A stretch of DNA of 64,000 nucleotides from Isurus oxyrinchus (lineage: Eukaryota), in assembly GCA_026770705.1 (NCBI GenBank), contig JANJGN010000002.1, positions 26,102,001-26,166,000 of the forward strand, written 5' to 3'. The position numbers and the translations under genes are program-made. Shown here in pieces: positions 13,665-25,330 of the stretch. Within the stretch, counting starts at the first letter, position 1. Every line of letters starts with the position of its first letter. Under the pieces are notes generated by a model. That model saw only the letters and a program-made list of their open reading frames with translations. It did no database searches and was not told where the DNA came from.

Positions 13665-13895
13665 TGAATGAGAGTGGTACTGCATTGACAGATGTGTCAT
13701 CTTTTGGATGAGACATTAGACCACGACCCTCATGGGTAGACACAAGGCACTAGTTGGGGGGATGGGGGGGTTGGTGGGCAGGGAAGTTCGCTGACATTTT
13801 GGCCAATATTTATCCCTCAACCTGTTTAACTTTAAAATTATGTCATTCGATGTAAAGCATGTTGGGATGTCTTCAGATAGTTAAAAGAACTATAT
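13665..13895 (+). mobile_element. Highly degenerate Deu-domain SINE
   Basis: GGATGAGACATTAGACC and GGCCAATATTTATCCCTCAAC match the better-preserved copy at 14494. Confidence 0.55.
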
Positions 13896-14493
13896 AAATG
13901 AAAGTTTGTACTTTAAAATATTAACCCTTATTTCCTCTGAATAAAATACTATATTCCAGAATGTTTTGCCTAAACATATGCAATCTCCCAGATAAAATTC
14001 CTAGTTTGTTACCAAAACTGTTACCTGTTGTTACTGCACTGCATTATCACACTGATCTGTGCTGTCTTTCCTTTGCAATCAATTGTGGTATACACCTTTC
14101 CTGGAGGAAACTATAATTTCTTTCTCTTAAAAGTGACTCAGCCACTTGGTTAAAAACATAGTAGCTGTGTTGAAAAATAGATGTCAATGATCTTGTTCAG
14201 ACTAAGTGAATGAATTTTACTCTCAGCATCCTGGGACCTGCTGTAGTTGCAGGCTGAAAATAAATACATTAGTTAAAAGCTATCATGTCCTGAAAAAGCA
14301 ATGAACAAAGCTTGAATCTACATCACTGCAATGGTGTGGCACAGTGATGCAGAGTGTAGGAGCTCCAGTGTGAGTTACAATGGTGTGGTAGGATGCTGGT
14401 TCATACCCAGCATTATGTGAGTTTCTTCACGTAATGTGTTCCTTCTGCACTGTAAACCTCACATTTTGGGAATGCAAACATATACTCATCTTT

Positions 14494-14930
14494 TAGCACT
14501 CTTGCCTCTGAGTCACAGTTCCAGGTTCAAGACTCACTCCAAGACTTAGGCACAAAAATCAAGGCTGACACTCCAGTGTGGTACTAAGGGAGTGCTGCAC
14601 TTTTGGAGGTGCCATCTTTCAGATGAGATGTTAAACTGAGGCTCCGGCTGCCTTCTCAGGTCGATGTAAAAGATCCCATGGCACTATAGGAAGTAGAGCA
14701 GGGGAGTTATCCCCAGTGTCCAGGCCAGAAAAAAACATTATCCCTCAACCAACATCACAAAAGCTGATTGTCTGGTCATTATCACATTGCCGTTTGTGAG
14801 AGCTTGTGTGCAAATTGGCAGCAGCGTTTCCTACATTATAACAGTGATTATATTTCAAAAGTACTCCATTGCAGTAAAGCACTTTGAGGTCCAGTGGGTC
14901 ATGAAAAGCATGATATAAATAAGCCTTTCT
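14494..14930 (+). mobile_element. tRNA-derived Deu-domain SINE (SacSINE1/AmnSINE1-related)
   Basis: B-box-like GGTTCAAGAC, central Deu-like domain TTTCAGATGAGATGTTAAAC...GTAAAAGATCCCATGGCACTA, and an L2-like 3' tail. Confidence 0.8.
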
Positions 14931-15239
14931 TTTTTACTGTTAATGATCTTAGTCACAGTTATTGACTGGAATAACATTCAAAGTTTTCGGACCAACTGTA
15001 ATTTTTGGCTGTTGAAAATGTACAAAATAGGAAGCTTAGAGGGGAAAATGAGGAAGCAACAAGAAAAAAATCAAACTAGCTTGGTTATCAAAACTTTATC
15101 TCTCAAAAAAGATAACCAATGAAGTACCTTTACCATCAACGATTTGCACCTGCTATAACACATTGCTACAATCTGTGCCATTTCTCACACCCTTTGAATA
15201 GCCTACTCTGTAATGGATATTTCCAACAAATGTCTTCTG

Positions 15240-15675
15240 TTTATTCGTTCATGGGATGTGGGCATCAATGCCAAGGCCAGCATGTATTGCCAATCCTAAT
15301 TGTCCTTGCAGATGAGCAACCTTCTTGAACTGCTGCCATTCTTATGGTCTAGGTACTCTCAGAGTGCTGTTATGGAGGGCACTCCAGAATTTTGACCCAG
15401 CAACAGTGAAGGAGCAGAGATATATTTACTAGTGAAGATGGTGGTGTGACTTGGAGGAAAACTTGCAGATGGTGATGTTGCCTGTTTGTCCTAGGTGATA
15501 GAGGTTGCGGGTTTGGAAGGTGCTGTTTAAGGAGCGTTGCTGAATTGCTGCAATGCATCCTGCAGATGGTACACACTGCTGCCACTAAGCACAAATGGTG
15601 CAGTGAAGATGGCGGATGGGGTGCCAATCAAACAGATTGCTTTATCCTGAATGGTGTTGAACTTCTAAAGTGTTA
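15240..15675 (-). mobile_element. 3' fragment of an L2/CR1-group LINE
   Basis: Reverse complement of the 3' part (~18330-18758) of the adjacent plus-strand LINE. It continues at 18760-18856. Confidence 0.8.
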
Positions 15676-15694
15676 AAAGGTGTGCACAGGTCAG

Positions 15695-18600
15695 GACGGT
15701 GGCATTGTTACTAGACTAGTAATGCAGAGACCCAGGGTAATGCTCTGGGGACCCGAGTTCCAAACCCACCATGGCAGATAATGGAATTTGAATTCAATAA
15801 AAATATCTGGAATTAAAAATCTAATGATTGTTGTAAAAATCTAGTTCACTAATGTCCTTTAGGAAAGGAAATCTGCCACCCTTACCTGGATTGGCCTTGA
15901 TGTGACTCCAGAGCCACAGCAATGTGGTTGACTCTTAACTGCCCTCTGAAATGGCCTAAGAAGCCACTCAGCTGCATCAAACCACTAAAAGCAAGTCAAT
16001 AAGGAATGAAACCCAATGGATCATCTGGCATCACCCTAAGCACCAGGAACAACAACGGCAAGCTCAGCTCTGTCCAGCAACCCTGCAAAGTCCTCCTTAC
16101 TAACATCTGGGGACTTGTGCCAAAGTTTGGAGAGCTGCAGACTGACATTGTAAGGTACGATTTCTATGTCCCAGACACCACCGTCACCATCCTGGATAGA
16201 CCAAGCAGAGATGGTGGCACAGTGGTGTACAGTCTGGAGAGAGTTGCCCTGGGAGTCCTCAACATCGACTCTAGATCCCATAACATCTCATGGCACCAGG
16301 TCAAACATGGACAAGGAACTCTCCTGCTGATTACCACATACTGTCCTGCCTTAGTTGATGAATCATGTTGAACATCCCTTGGAGGAAGCACCGAGAGTGG
16401 CAGGGGTGCAGAATGTATTCTGGGTGGAGGACTTCAATGTCCATTACCAAAAGTGGCTCGGTAGCACCAGTACAGACCAAGCTGGCCAGGTTCTAAAGGA
16501 CATAGCTGCAGGACTGAGTCTGCGGTAGGTGGTGAGGGAATCAACAAGAGGGAATAACATACTTGACCTCATCCTCACCAACCTGCCTGCTACAGATGCA
16601 TCTGTCCATGACAGTATCTGTAGGAGTGACCACCGCACAGTCCTTGTTGAAACCAAGTTCCGTCTTCACATTCAGGATACCCTGCATCATGTTGTGTGGC
16701 ACTACCACCATGCCAAGTGGAATAGATTTCAAACAGATCTAGCAACTCAAGAATGGGCAACCATGAGGTGCTGTGGACCATCAGCAGCAGCAAAATTGCA
16801 CTTAGTCACAATCTGTAACCGCATGGCCTGGCATATCCCCCACTCTACCATTGCCACTAAGCCAGGGGATCCAGCCTGGTTCAATGAAGAGTGCAGGAGG
16901 GCATGCCAGGAGCAGCACCAGGCATACCTAAAAATGAGGTGTCAACCTGGCGAAGCTATAACACAGGGCTACTTGCATGCCAAACAGCAAAAGCAACAAG
17001 CAATAGACATGGCCAAGTGATTCCACAACCAACAGATCAGATCTAAGCTCTGCATCCTGCAACACCTAGTCATGAATGGTGGTGGGCAACTAAACAACTC
17101 ACTGGAGGAGGAGGCTCCACAAAGATCCCCATCTTTAATGATGGGAGAGCCTAGAACATCAGTGGAAAAGACAGGGTTGAAGCATTCACAACAATCTTCA
17201 GCCAAAAGTGCCAACTGGATGATCCATCTCAGCCCCCTCCGGTGGTCCCCACCATTACAGATGCCAGTCTTCAGCCAATTCAATTCACTCACATGTCATC
17301 AAGAAACAACTGAAGGCACTGGATACTGCAAAGGCTATGGGCCCGGACATTATTCTGGCAATAGTACCAAAGACTTGTGTTCCAGAACATGCTGCACCCC
17401 TAGCCAAGCTGTTCCAGTACAGCTACAACACTGGCATCTACCTGGCAATGTGGAAAATTGCCCAGGTATGTCCTGTACACAAAAAGCAGGACAAATCCAA
17501 CCCGGCCAATTACTGGCCCATCAGTCTACTCTCAGTCATCAGCAAGCAGCACTTAGCAATAACCTGCTGACACTCAGTTTGGTTTCCGCCAGGGTCACTC
17601 AGCTCCTGACCTCATTACAACCTTCATTCAAACACGGACAAAAGAGCTGAACTCGAGGTGAGGTGAAAGCAACTGCCCTTGACATCAAGGCAGAATTTGA
17701 CCAAATGTGGCATCAGGGAGTGCTGGCAAAACCGGTGTCAATGGGGATCAGGAAGAAAGCTCTCTGCTGGTTGGAGTCATACCTAGTACAATGGAAGATG
17801 GTTGTAGTTATTGGAGGTCAATCATCTCAGTTTCAGGCTATCGCTGCAAGAGTTCCTTAGGGAAGTATCCTAGGCTCAACCATCTTCTGCTGCTTTATCA
17901 ATGACCTTCCTTCCATCATAAGGTCAGAAGTGGGGTAGTTCATTGATGATTGCACAACGTTCAGCACCATTCGCGACTCTTTAAATACTGAAGCAGTCCA
18001 TGTCTAAATGCAGCAAGACGTGGACGATATCCAGGCTTGGGCTGACAAGTGGCAAGGAACGTTTGTGCCACACAAGTGCCAGGCAATGACCATCTCCAGC
18101 AAGAGAGAATCCAACCATTGCCTATTGACATTCAATTGTAATACCATCACTGAAGCCCCTACTATTAACATCCTGGGGGGGAGGGTTACCATTGACCAGG
18201 GCCAGTGAGGGGCTAGGAATCCTGTGGTGAGTAACTCATCTCCTGACTCCCCAAATCCTGTCCACCATCTACAAGACTCAGGTCAGGAGTGTGATGGAAT
18301 ACTCTCCACTGGCCTGTATGAGTGCAGCTCCAACAACACTCAAGCTTGACACCATCCAGGACTAGCAGCCCATTTGATTGAAACCCCATCCATATTGATT
18401 CCCTCCATCATTGGCAGCAGTGTGCACCATCTACAAGATGCACTGTAGGAAATCACCAAGGCTCCTTAGATAGCACCTTCCAAATCCACGACTGCTACCA
18501 TCTAGCAGGGCCAGGGCAGCAGATAGATGGGAACACCATCACCTAGAAGTTCTGCTCCAAGCCACGCACCATGCTGGCTAGGAACTATATTGCCATTCCT

Positions 18601-18758
18601 TCATTCACTGAGTCAAAATCCTGGAACTCCCTCCCTACACCACAGGACTGCAGTGGTTCAAGAAGGCAGCTCAACACCACCTTCTCAGGGTCAATTAGGG
18701 ATAGGCAATAATTGCTGGCCTAGCCAGCAATGTCCACATCCCATGAATCAATTTTTTA
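15695..18758 (+). mobile_element. Near-full-length single-ORF L2/CR1-group LINE with a tRNA-like 5' head, degenerate
   Basis: APE endonuclease remnants (TRGNNILDLILTN...SDH), RT remnants (GPDIILAIV...PLAKLFQYS...NYWPISLLS; ALDIKAEFDQMWH; FIDD) and 3' tail CACATCCCATGAAT. Frameshifted. Confidence 0.85.
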
Positions 18759-20283
18759 ATAAGGGGAAATGGTCATATTCTCTTTTGTTGGAGTTGATCA
18801 TTGCCTGGCACTTGTGTGGCACCAATGTTACTTGCCACATGGACTGCTTCAGTATATATCAAATATATTTGACACTTCTTTCCAGTAGCCAATTAATTAT
18901 CACTTTTAATGAATTTAGCCCAGGTTCTCTCAGCAAGGCCCATTATAACAATTTATCAATTTTATGTCTACTGGCCCATGATTTTAGATTACAGGATAGT
19001 CAATAACATATTTGAAATATTTGACTCTCAATGATATAGGAGCACCATACAGAAGGCCCCAGAATGATTCAAACAATGTGTAGGGTTGACCAGAAAGCAC
19101 GTGTTATATTCAGTTGGGCCAAGCAGTTAGATAAATATTATATTGCATCAGAACGAGTACAGTATTTCCAACATTATGATTACACTGGCTGTTTTTCAAT
19201 GTGTGTGATTGGAGGACTGTTAAATTGTCCTGAAGTAGCAGTCATGTTATGTGGTCACTTTGGCATTTAGGATGTAAACAAGGTGTTAAAGGAGGTCAAG
19301 GGAAGAAACAGCAGAATAGGATGGCAACCAATCAGAATTAAGTGGAAATAGTAAATCAGTTGTGAAGCAGACGTCAGTACTACACAGATAAAAGACAGAG
19401 ACTTGGTGGCAGACAGTAAGGTTGGTTAGCTTATAGCATTTTACATTGAGTTTATTCGATGGCTTTGCATGACCGTTGGGAAACAGCAGGGGAGTGGAAC
19501 TGAGTGGATAATTTCATCAAAGAGCTGGCACAACCCAGGATGCCTCCTTCTTCCATCTCTCATACTGCATGATTCTACGATGACATTAATTTTTAATTGT
19601 TATTCTTTTGTAACTAATGTCTATTGTTTCAACAACCGTGTTAGATTACCTCAAGGTGAAAAGTAAAATGACAAGAATTAGATCAGTTTCTCTTTTTTTT
19701 TAAAACATTGCTTGGAAAGTACAAGGCACACAGAAAATCAATTTGAAAATAAAGTGCAAGTTAGCATCAACCTACATTATATTCAATACCACCTGTATTT
19801 TTTACATGTTCCAAAGTTTAAGGCCTTGGCAAGCATGTGTAATTGCTTCACACCCAGCATGCTCCAGGAAGGCCAAGGCTTATTGTTGATCCCAAAACTA
19901 TTATAATTTGTTCAACATATGAATAAAATTACTTTGCTTGAATAATAAAACTTTCAAAATACCAAGTTCATGTGGTTACAACAGATTCTTAATAATCATG
20001 CGCAATAATTCCTTACCATGTTACAATTGCTCTGAAATGCAGTGTAGATTTGTCCCAAGTATGAACACAAGTTTCACCCTCAGGTGCATCTAGTCATTTA
20101 ACTGCAGAGGTTGCAGCAGTAGGGAGAAATATGGAGTACTATTCATCGGAACTCAAGTGCTGTGTTCCTCCTCTTTAGAAGTGAACAATGTGGACAGTGT
20201 GAACTTGAGCTTGGCAATGTATTCTGCATGTTAAATAATAAAGACTGCACAGTTGGACTGCAGTTAGCAGTTTTCACAAAACA

Positions 20284-20289
20284 TTTATT
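20284..20289 (-). terminator. fh: Candidate fh polyadenylation signal AATAAA
   Basis: TTTATT on the plus strand, about 44 nt downstream of the fh stop codon. Confidence 0.55.
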
Positions 20290-20332
20290 TTCCATTATTA
20301 TAGAACAATTGAAGCTGAGGTACTGTTAAAAG

Positions 20333-20475
20333 TTACTTGGGGCCAAGCATTTCATGTGGCTTGACCCACTGTTCAAATTGCTCCGGTGTAAGGAATCCCA
20401 ACTTGACTGCCATTTCTTTTAGTGTTGTACCTTCTTTGTGGGCTGTCTTGGCAATCTTTGCTGCTTTATCATAAC
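20333..20475 (-). CDS. fh: Fumarate hydratase exon 10 (143 nt, [16 protein letters not shown]...[11 protein letters not shown])
   Basis: Acceptor ACAG|GT and stop TAA at 20335-20333. Class II fumarase C-terminus; phase matches exon 9. Confidence 0.97.
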
Positions 20476-21739
20476 CTGTTGATAATGAGAAATAACAATC
20501 ATCATTCCTTGTTCACAAACAACCCAGAACTCTTCCAGCAACTTTATGGCAGGTCACGTTTCACATCACTCCACACGGCAATCACGTAACTGGATCTTGT
20601 TCTCAGCTGCCTGCAATGAAAAACTAAATGTGCCAATATTGATCAAAAATATAGTCTGTAGAATGAAGCTAACAGCATAGAGTATTACTCAATACACATA
20701 CAGGACCACTCAATCAGCATGTGAAGGCAGCAAATCCAGCAAAGTTTTCCTCACTAACATCTGGGGACCAGGGCCAATGATGGGGCAGCTGTTAGTCAAA
20801 CAACACCCTTATCTGGTCATACTCTACTGCACAATGGCTCAACACTAGACTCCATTACCATCCCTGGCCTGCCAGTAGGACAAATCAACTAGTGCAGTCA
20901 TACTGTATTCAACTGGACTCAGGGGAGTTCTCAACATTGACTATAGACCCCTTGAAATTTCATCTTCTCATCAAATATGGGCAAGAAAACATATTACAGA
21001 TTACCATCTATCAACCTCTCTCAGTTGATGAATCAGTAACCCTCCATGTTGAACACCACTTGGAAGATGCACTGAGGGTATGAATGATATGTCATATGTG
21101 CTCTGAGTGGGAAACTTCAATGTTCATCACTGACTGACAGACTTGGTTTTACCATCAGTTACTGATTCGGCCAAGTCCTGAAATGCATAGCCGTCGGACT
21201 GGGCTTGCAGCAGATGGTCAGAGAACCAACTCAAGGGAATAACCCACTGCTCTTATCCATATAACACTAATCGAAGTGACCATCATGAAGTCCAACTCCC
21301 ATCCTTATACTGAACACACCCTCTATTGCGCCTGTTGGCACTAGCACTGTGGTAAGTGGGTTCAAATTTAAGTTCAGATCTAGGTGCTCAAAACCAGGTA
21401 TACATGAGGCACTGAAGGACATGAGCAGCAGCAGAATTGATAATCACCACACTATATAACCTCCTAGCCTAGCATATCTCACAGTCCTCTGTCAACATGA
21501 AGCCAGGCGCCAGTGTTCCAGTACAGCTAAAAGACTGCTATTTGACTGTTGATGTGGAAAATTACCCAAATATGTTCTGTCTACAAACAGAATAATATCA
21601 ACCTGGGAAATTATAATTCTCAACTCAGAATTCCCCTCTAAATTACACACCATCCTGACTTGGACATATATCACTGTTTCAAAAACAGAATTACCTGGAA
21701 AAACTCAGCAGGTCTGGCAGCATCGGCGGAGAAGAAAAG

Positions 21740-21778
21740 AGTTGACGTTTCGAGTCCTCATGACCCTTCGACAGAACT
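21740..21778 (-). ncRNA. Minimal type I hammerhead ribozyme motif, variant core CUGUCGA
   Basis: AGUU-CUGUCGA-A-GGGUC(AUGAG)GACUC-GAA-ACGU-C-AACU. Stem I is 4 bp, stem II is 5 bp, and stem III is the palindrome ACGU. Predicted cleavage is after GUC (21744). Activity untested. Confidence 0.7.
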
Positions 21779-21784
21779 TGCCAT

Positions 21785-24220
21785 ATGAACACACTCGACC
21801 TCTCCCTCCAGCAGCACCGCCATACCCTTTTTCAAAGCTGCGCGTGCCCCCAGTTTCATTTTATCCTTCGGCTCATCCGACGCCTCAACAAGAAACTTTT
21901 TCTCTTTCTCTCAACTGCTAAGGAACGCAAGCTCCAACAACTCATCGACACCAACACCCATCTAGGACCCTCCACCCCAGCCTGTCCCTCCGTCCCCACC
22001 CCATCTTCCAATCCCAGCCCCAGCCGTGTATTCACTATACCCCCTGACCTTCCCCTCTCCGATGCTGAACGTTCAGTGCTCAGCAAAGGACTTAGTTTCA
22101 TACCCTTACGCCCTCACCTCAATGAATTTCGGGCTCGGCATGATACTGAACTCTTCTTTCGCCGTCTTCGTCTCCGGGCTCACTTCTTTGGGCAGGAGTC
22201 CTCTCCCAGTTCAACGGATCCTTTTACCCATCTCCAATATTCTCCCTCCACCTGGACCCCTCCCTCTGGATTCTTACCTTCTCTTGATCTTTTCATTGAG
22301 AACTGCCGGCGCGACATTAGTCGTCTCAATTTCTCTGCTCCTCTCACCCATTCTAACCTGTCTCTCTCTGAACTTACTGCACTCCATTCTCTCAGGTCCA
22401 ACCCTGACATTGTCATCAAACCCGCTGACAAGGGTGGTGCTGTTGTTGTCTGGCGCACTGACCTCTACCTCGCGGAGGCTGAGCGTCAACTCGCAGACAC
22501 TTCCTCCTACCTCTCCCTGGACCATGACCCCACCACTGAACATCAAGCCATTGTTTCCAGGACTGTCACTGACCTCATCTCCTCTGGGGATCTCCCTCCC
22601 ACAGCTTCCAACCTGATAGTCGCCCAACCTCGGACGGCCCGCTTCTATCTCCTACCCAAAATCCACAAACAGAACTGCCCCGGTAGACTGATCGTCTCAG
22701 CTTGCTCCTGCCCCACAGAACTCATTTCTCGTTATCTTGACTCCCTTCTCTCTCCCCTTGTCCAGTCCCTTCCCACCTACATCCGTGATTCCTCTGACAC
22801 CTTACGTCACATCAACAATTTCCAGTTCCCTGGCTCCAACCGCTTCCTCTTCACCATGGACGTCCAATCCCTCTACACCTCCATCCCCCACCAGGATGGT
22901 CTGAGGGCCCTTAGCTTCTTCCTCGAACAGAGGCCCGAACAATCCCCATCCACCACTACTCTCCTCCGTCTGGCTGAACTTGTTCTCACGTTGAACAATT
23001 TCTCCTTCAACTCCTCTCACTTTCTCCAAATAAAAGGTGTGGCTATGGGTACCCACATGGGCCCCAGCTATGCCTGTCTCTTTATGGGGTATGTGGAACA
23101 TTCCTTGTTGCAGTCCTACCCCGGCCCCCTTCCACAACTTTTTCTCCGGTACATCGATGATTACTTCGGTGCCGCTTCATGCTCTCGTCGGGACTTGGAA
23201 AAATTTATTAATTTTGCTTCCAATCTCCACCCCTCCATCATTTTCACGTGGTCCATCTCTGACACTTCCCTTCCCTTCCTTGACCTCTCTGTCTCAATCT
23301 CTGGTGATAGACTGTCCACCAATATCCATTACAAACCCACCGACTCCCACAGCTACCTCGACTACAGCTCCTCACACCCCGCTTCCTGTAAGGACTCCAT
23401 CCCATTCTCCCAGTTCCTTCGCCTTCGTCGCATCTGTTCCGATGATGCTACCTTCAAAAACGGTTCCTCTGACATGTCCTCCTTCTTCCTTAACCGAGGT
23501 TTTCCACCGACGGTCGTTGACAGGGCCCTCAACCGTGTCCGGCCCATCTCCCGCGCATCCGCCCTCACGCCTTCTCCTCCCTCCCAGAAACATGATAGGG
23601 TCCCCCTTGTCCTCACTTATCACCCCACCAGCCTCCGCATTCAAAGGATCATCCTCCGTCATTTCCGCCAACTCCAGCATGATGCCACCACCAAACACAT
23701 CTTCCCTTCACCCTCCTTATCGGCATTCCGTAGGGATCGCTCCCTCCGGGACACCCTGGTCCACTCCTCCATCACCCCCTACTCCTCAACCCCCTCCTAT
23801 GGCACCACCCCATGCCCACGCAAAAGATGTAACACCTGCCCCTTCACTTCCTCTCTCCTCACCGTCCAAGGGCCCAAACACTCCTTTCAAGTGAAGCAGC
23901 ATTTCACTTGCATTTCCCCCAACTTAGTCTACTGCATTCGTTGCTCCCAATGTGGTCTCCTCTACATTGGAGAGACCAAACGTAAACTGGGCGACCGCTT
24001 TGCAGAACACCTGCGGTCTGTCCGCAAGAATGACCCAAACCTCCCTGTCGCTTGCCATTTTAACACTCCACCCTGCTCTCTTGCCCACATGTCTGTCCTT
24101 GGCTTACTGCATTGTTCCAGTGAAGCCCAACGCAAACTGGAGGAACAACACCTCATCTTCCGACTAGGCACCTTACAGCCTTCCGGTCTGAATATTGAAT
24201 TCAATAACTTTAGGTCGTGA
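21785..24220 (+). CDS. PLE reverse transcriptase + GIY-YIG endonuclease, 811 codons open, probably N-terminally truncated
   Basis: RT motifs IKPADKG, LPKIHK, TMDVQSLYTSI, GVAMG, RYIDD, FLD; Cys linker CPRKRCNTC; GIY-YIG motif NLVYCIRC..C...YIGET...RFAEH. Confidence 0.93.
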   Translation: MNTLDLSLQQHRHTLFQSCACPQFHFILRLIRRLNKKLFLFLSTAKERKLQQLIDTNTHLGPSTPACPSVPTPSSNPSPSRVFTIPPDLPLSDAERSVLSKGLSFIPLRPHLNEFRARHDTELFFRRLRLRAHFFGQESSPSSTDPFTHLQYSPSTWTPPSGFLPSLDLFIENCRRDISRLNFSAPLTHSNLSLSELTALHSLRSNPDIVIKPADKGGAVVVWRTDLYLAEAERQLADTSSYLSLDHDPTTEHQAIVSRTVTDLISSGDLPPTASNLIVAQPRTARFYLLPKIHKQNCPGRLIVSACSCPTELISRYLDSLLSPLVQSLPTYIRDSSDTLRHINNFQFPGSNRFLFTMDVQSLYTSIPHQDGLRALSFFLEQRPEQSPSTTTLLRLAELVLTLNNFSFNSSHFLQIKGVAMGTHMGPSYACLFMGYVEHSLLQSYPGPLPQLFLRYIDDYFGAASCSRRDLEKFINFASNLHPSIIFTWSISDTSLPFLDLSVSISGDRLSTNIHYKPTDSHSYLDYSSSHPASCKDSIPFSQFLRLRRICSDDATFKNGSSDMSSFFLNRGFPPTVVDRALNRVRPISRASALTPSPPSQKHDRVPLVLTYHPTSLRIQRIILRHFRQLQHDATTKHIFPSPSLSAFRRDRSLRDTLVHSSITPYSSTPSYGTTPCPRKRCNTCPFTSSLLTVQGPKHSFQVKQHFTCISPNLVYCIRCSQCGLLYIGETKRKLGDRFAEHLRSVRKNDPNLPVACHFNTPPCSLAHMSVLGLLHCSSEAQRKLEEQHLIFRLGTLQPSGLNIEFNNFRS

Positions 24221-25139
24221 GCTCCCTCCCCCATCCCCACCCCCTTTCTGTTTCCCCCTTTTTTTCCCCTTTTTTTTTCCCTATAAATTTTATAGATTTT
24301 TCTTTTCCCACCTATTTCCATTATTTTTAAATATTTTAAAATCTTTTATGCTCCCCCCACCCCCACTAGAGCTGTACCTTGAGTGCCCTACCATCCATTC
24401 TTAATTAGCACATTCGTTTAGATAATATCACCAACTTTAACTTTAACACCTATGTGTTCTTTTGTACCATTGTCACTGACATCTTTTGATGATCTGCTTC
24501 TATCACTGCTTGTTTGTCTACACAAGCACCTCTGTCTCTCACTCTCTCTCCGCCCCCCCCACACACACACCTTAAACCAGCTTATATTTCAACTCTTTCT
24601 TGGACTCGAAATCAAGTTCTGTCTTTTAAAATATATCACTGTTTGTTCATCATCACTGGACCAAAATTCTGAAACTCGCACCCTAAGAGTATTTTGGGAG
24701 CATATTCACAATACAGAATGCAGTTGTTCAGAAAGATGGCCAGCATCAACTTTTCAGGTTGATAATGCTGATGCTGCCAGCAATCCTCACATATCAGAAA
24801 TAAATAACTTGTTTTAAAATGTATTTCACATTATTTGTTTATTAAATGAAATGTCTTCCTGTTGGAGACAGCAAACGCCTGAGGTGTTTGTCCCTGGAGC
24901 AGGATCTGGAGGCCGGTCAGCTATGTCTCAATTTCTCATCGTGGACTCAAGTCAAGATCAAATGATTGACTAAGATGGTGCCAGTACCACCTGAGCATTC
25001 CCATTCCAGGACAGTTTAAAAGCCACAAGTACCAGTCTTCAACACATCCCCATCCACTTTAGCAGAGCTTAATTATTTGGCCAACCTCCCCATTTGGCTC
25101 TAACACTGACAGCCATGTCTTAATCCATCTGGATACCAC

Positions 25140-25330
25140 TATCTGGAATCTCCTCCCTAAAATGTTCTCTCTCCTCGCCTTTAAGGGCTCTCTAAAAACA
25201 TCTTCAATCAAGCTTTCAGACCATCCTTCCTAATTTCTCCTTCCTTAGCAATGCATCCATTTTCCTCACACCTCTGTGCTGCAACTTGGGATGCTTCACT
25301 GTGGTAAAGGTGCTATATAACTGCAAAGTA
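25140..25330 (+). mobile_element. L2-type LINE 3' remnant
   Basis: CTGGAATCTCCTCCCTAAA...GGTGCTATATAA resembles the 3' end of the L2 copy at 37150-37365. Confidence 0.5.

Larger units (their letters stand above)
21680..24630 (+). mobile_element. Young Penelope-like retroelement (Neptune-like), 5'-truncated with an inverted terminal segment
   Basis: 14-bp TSD ATATATCACTGTTT (21666-21679, 24631-24644). Body is on plus at 21781-24623; the 3'-terminal ~101 bp is on minus at 21680-21780. Confidence 0.95.
20700..24810 (+). mobile_element. Very degenerate copy of the 15695-18758 LINE family, split by a PLE (pieces 20700-21679 and 24631-24810)
   Basis: TCCTCACTAACATCTGGGG, CATGTTGAACACCACTTGGAAGA and 3' region CACACCATCCTGACTTGG match the 15.7-18.8 kb copy. 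Lies in fh intron 9. Confidence 0.7.

Noticed and set aside
22026-23894. Overlapping alternative-frame ORFs (196 aa, 285 aa) and antisense ORFs in the PLE
   Set aside because: Explained by the strong C/T bias of the PLE coding strand, which suppresses stop codons. The translations are low-complexity P/S/L/T with no domain motifs.
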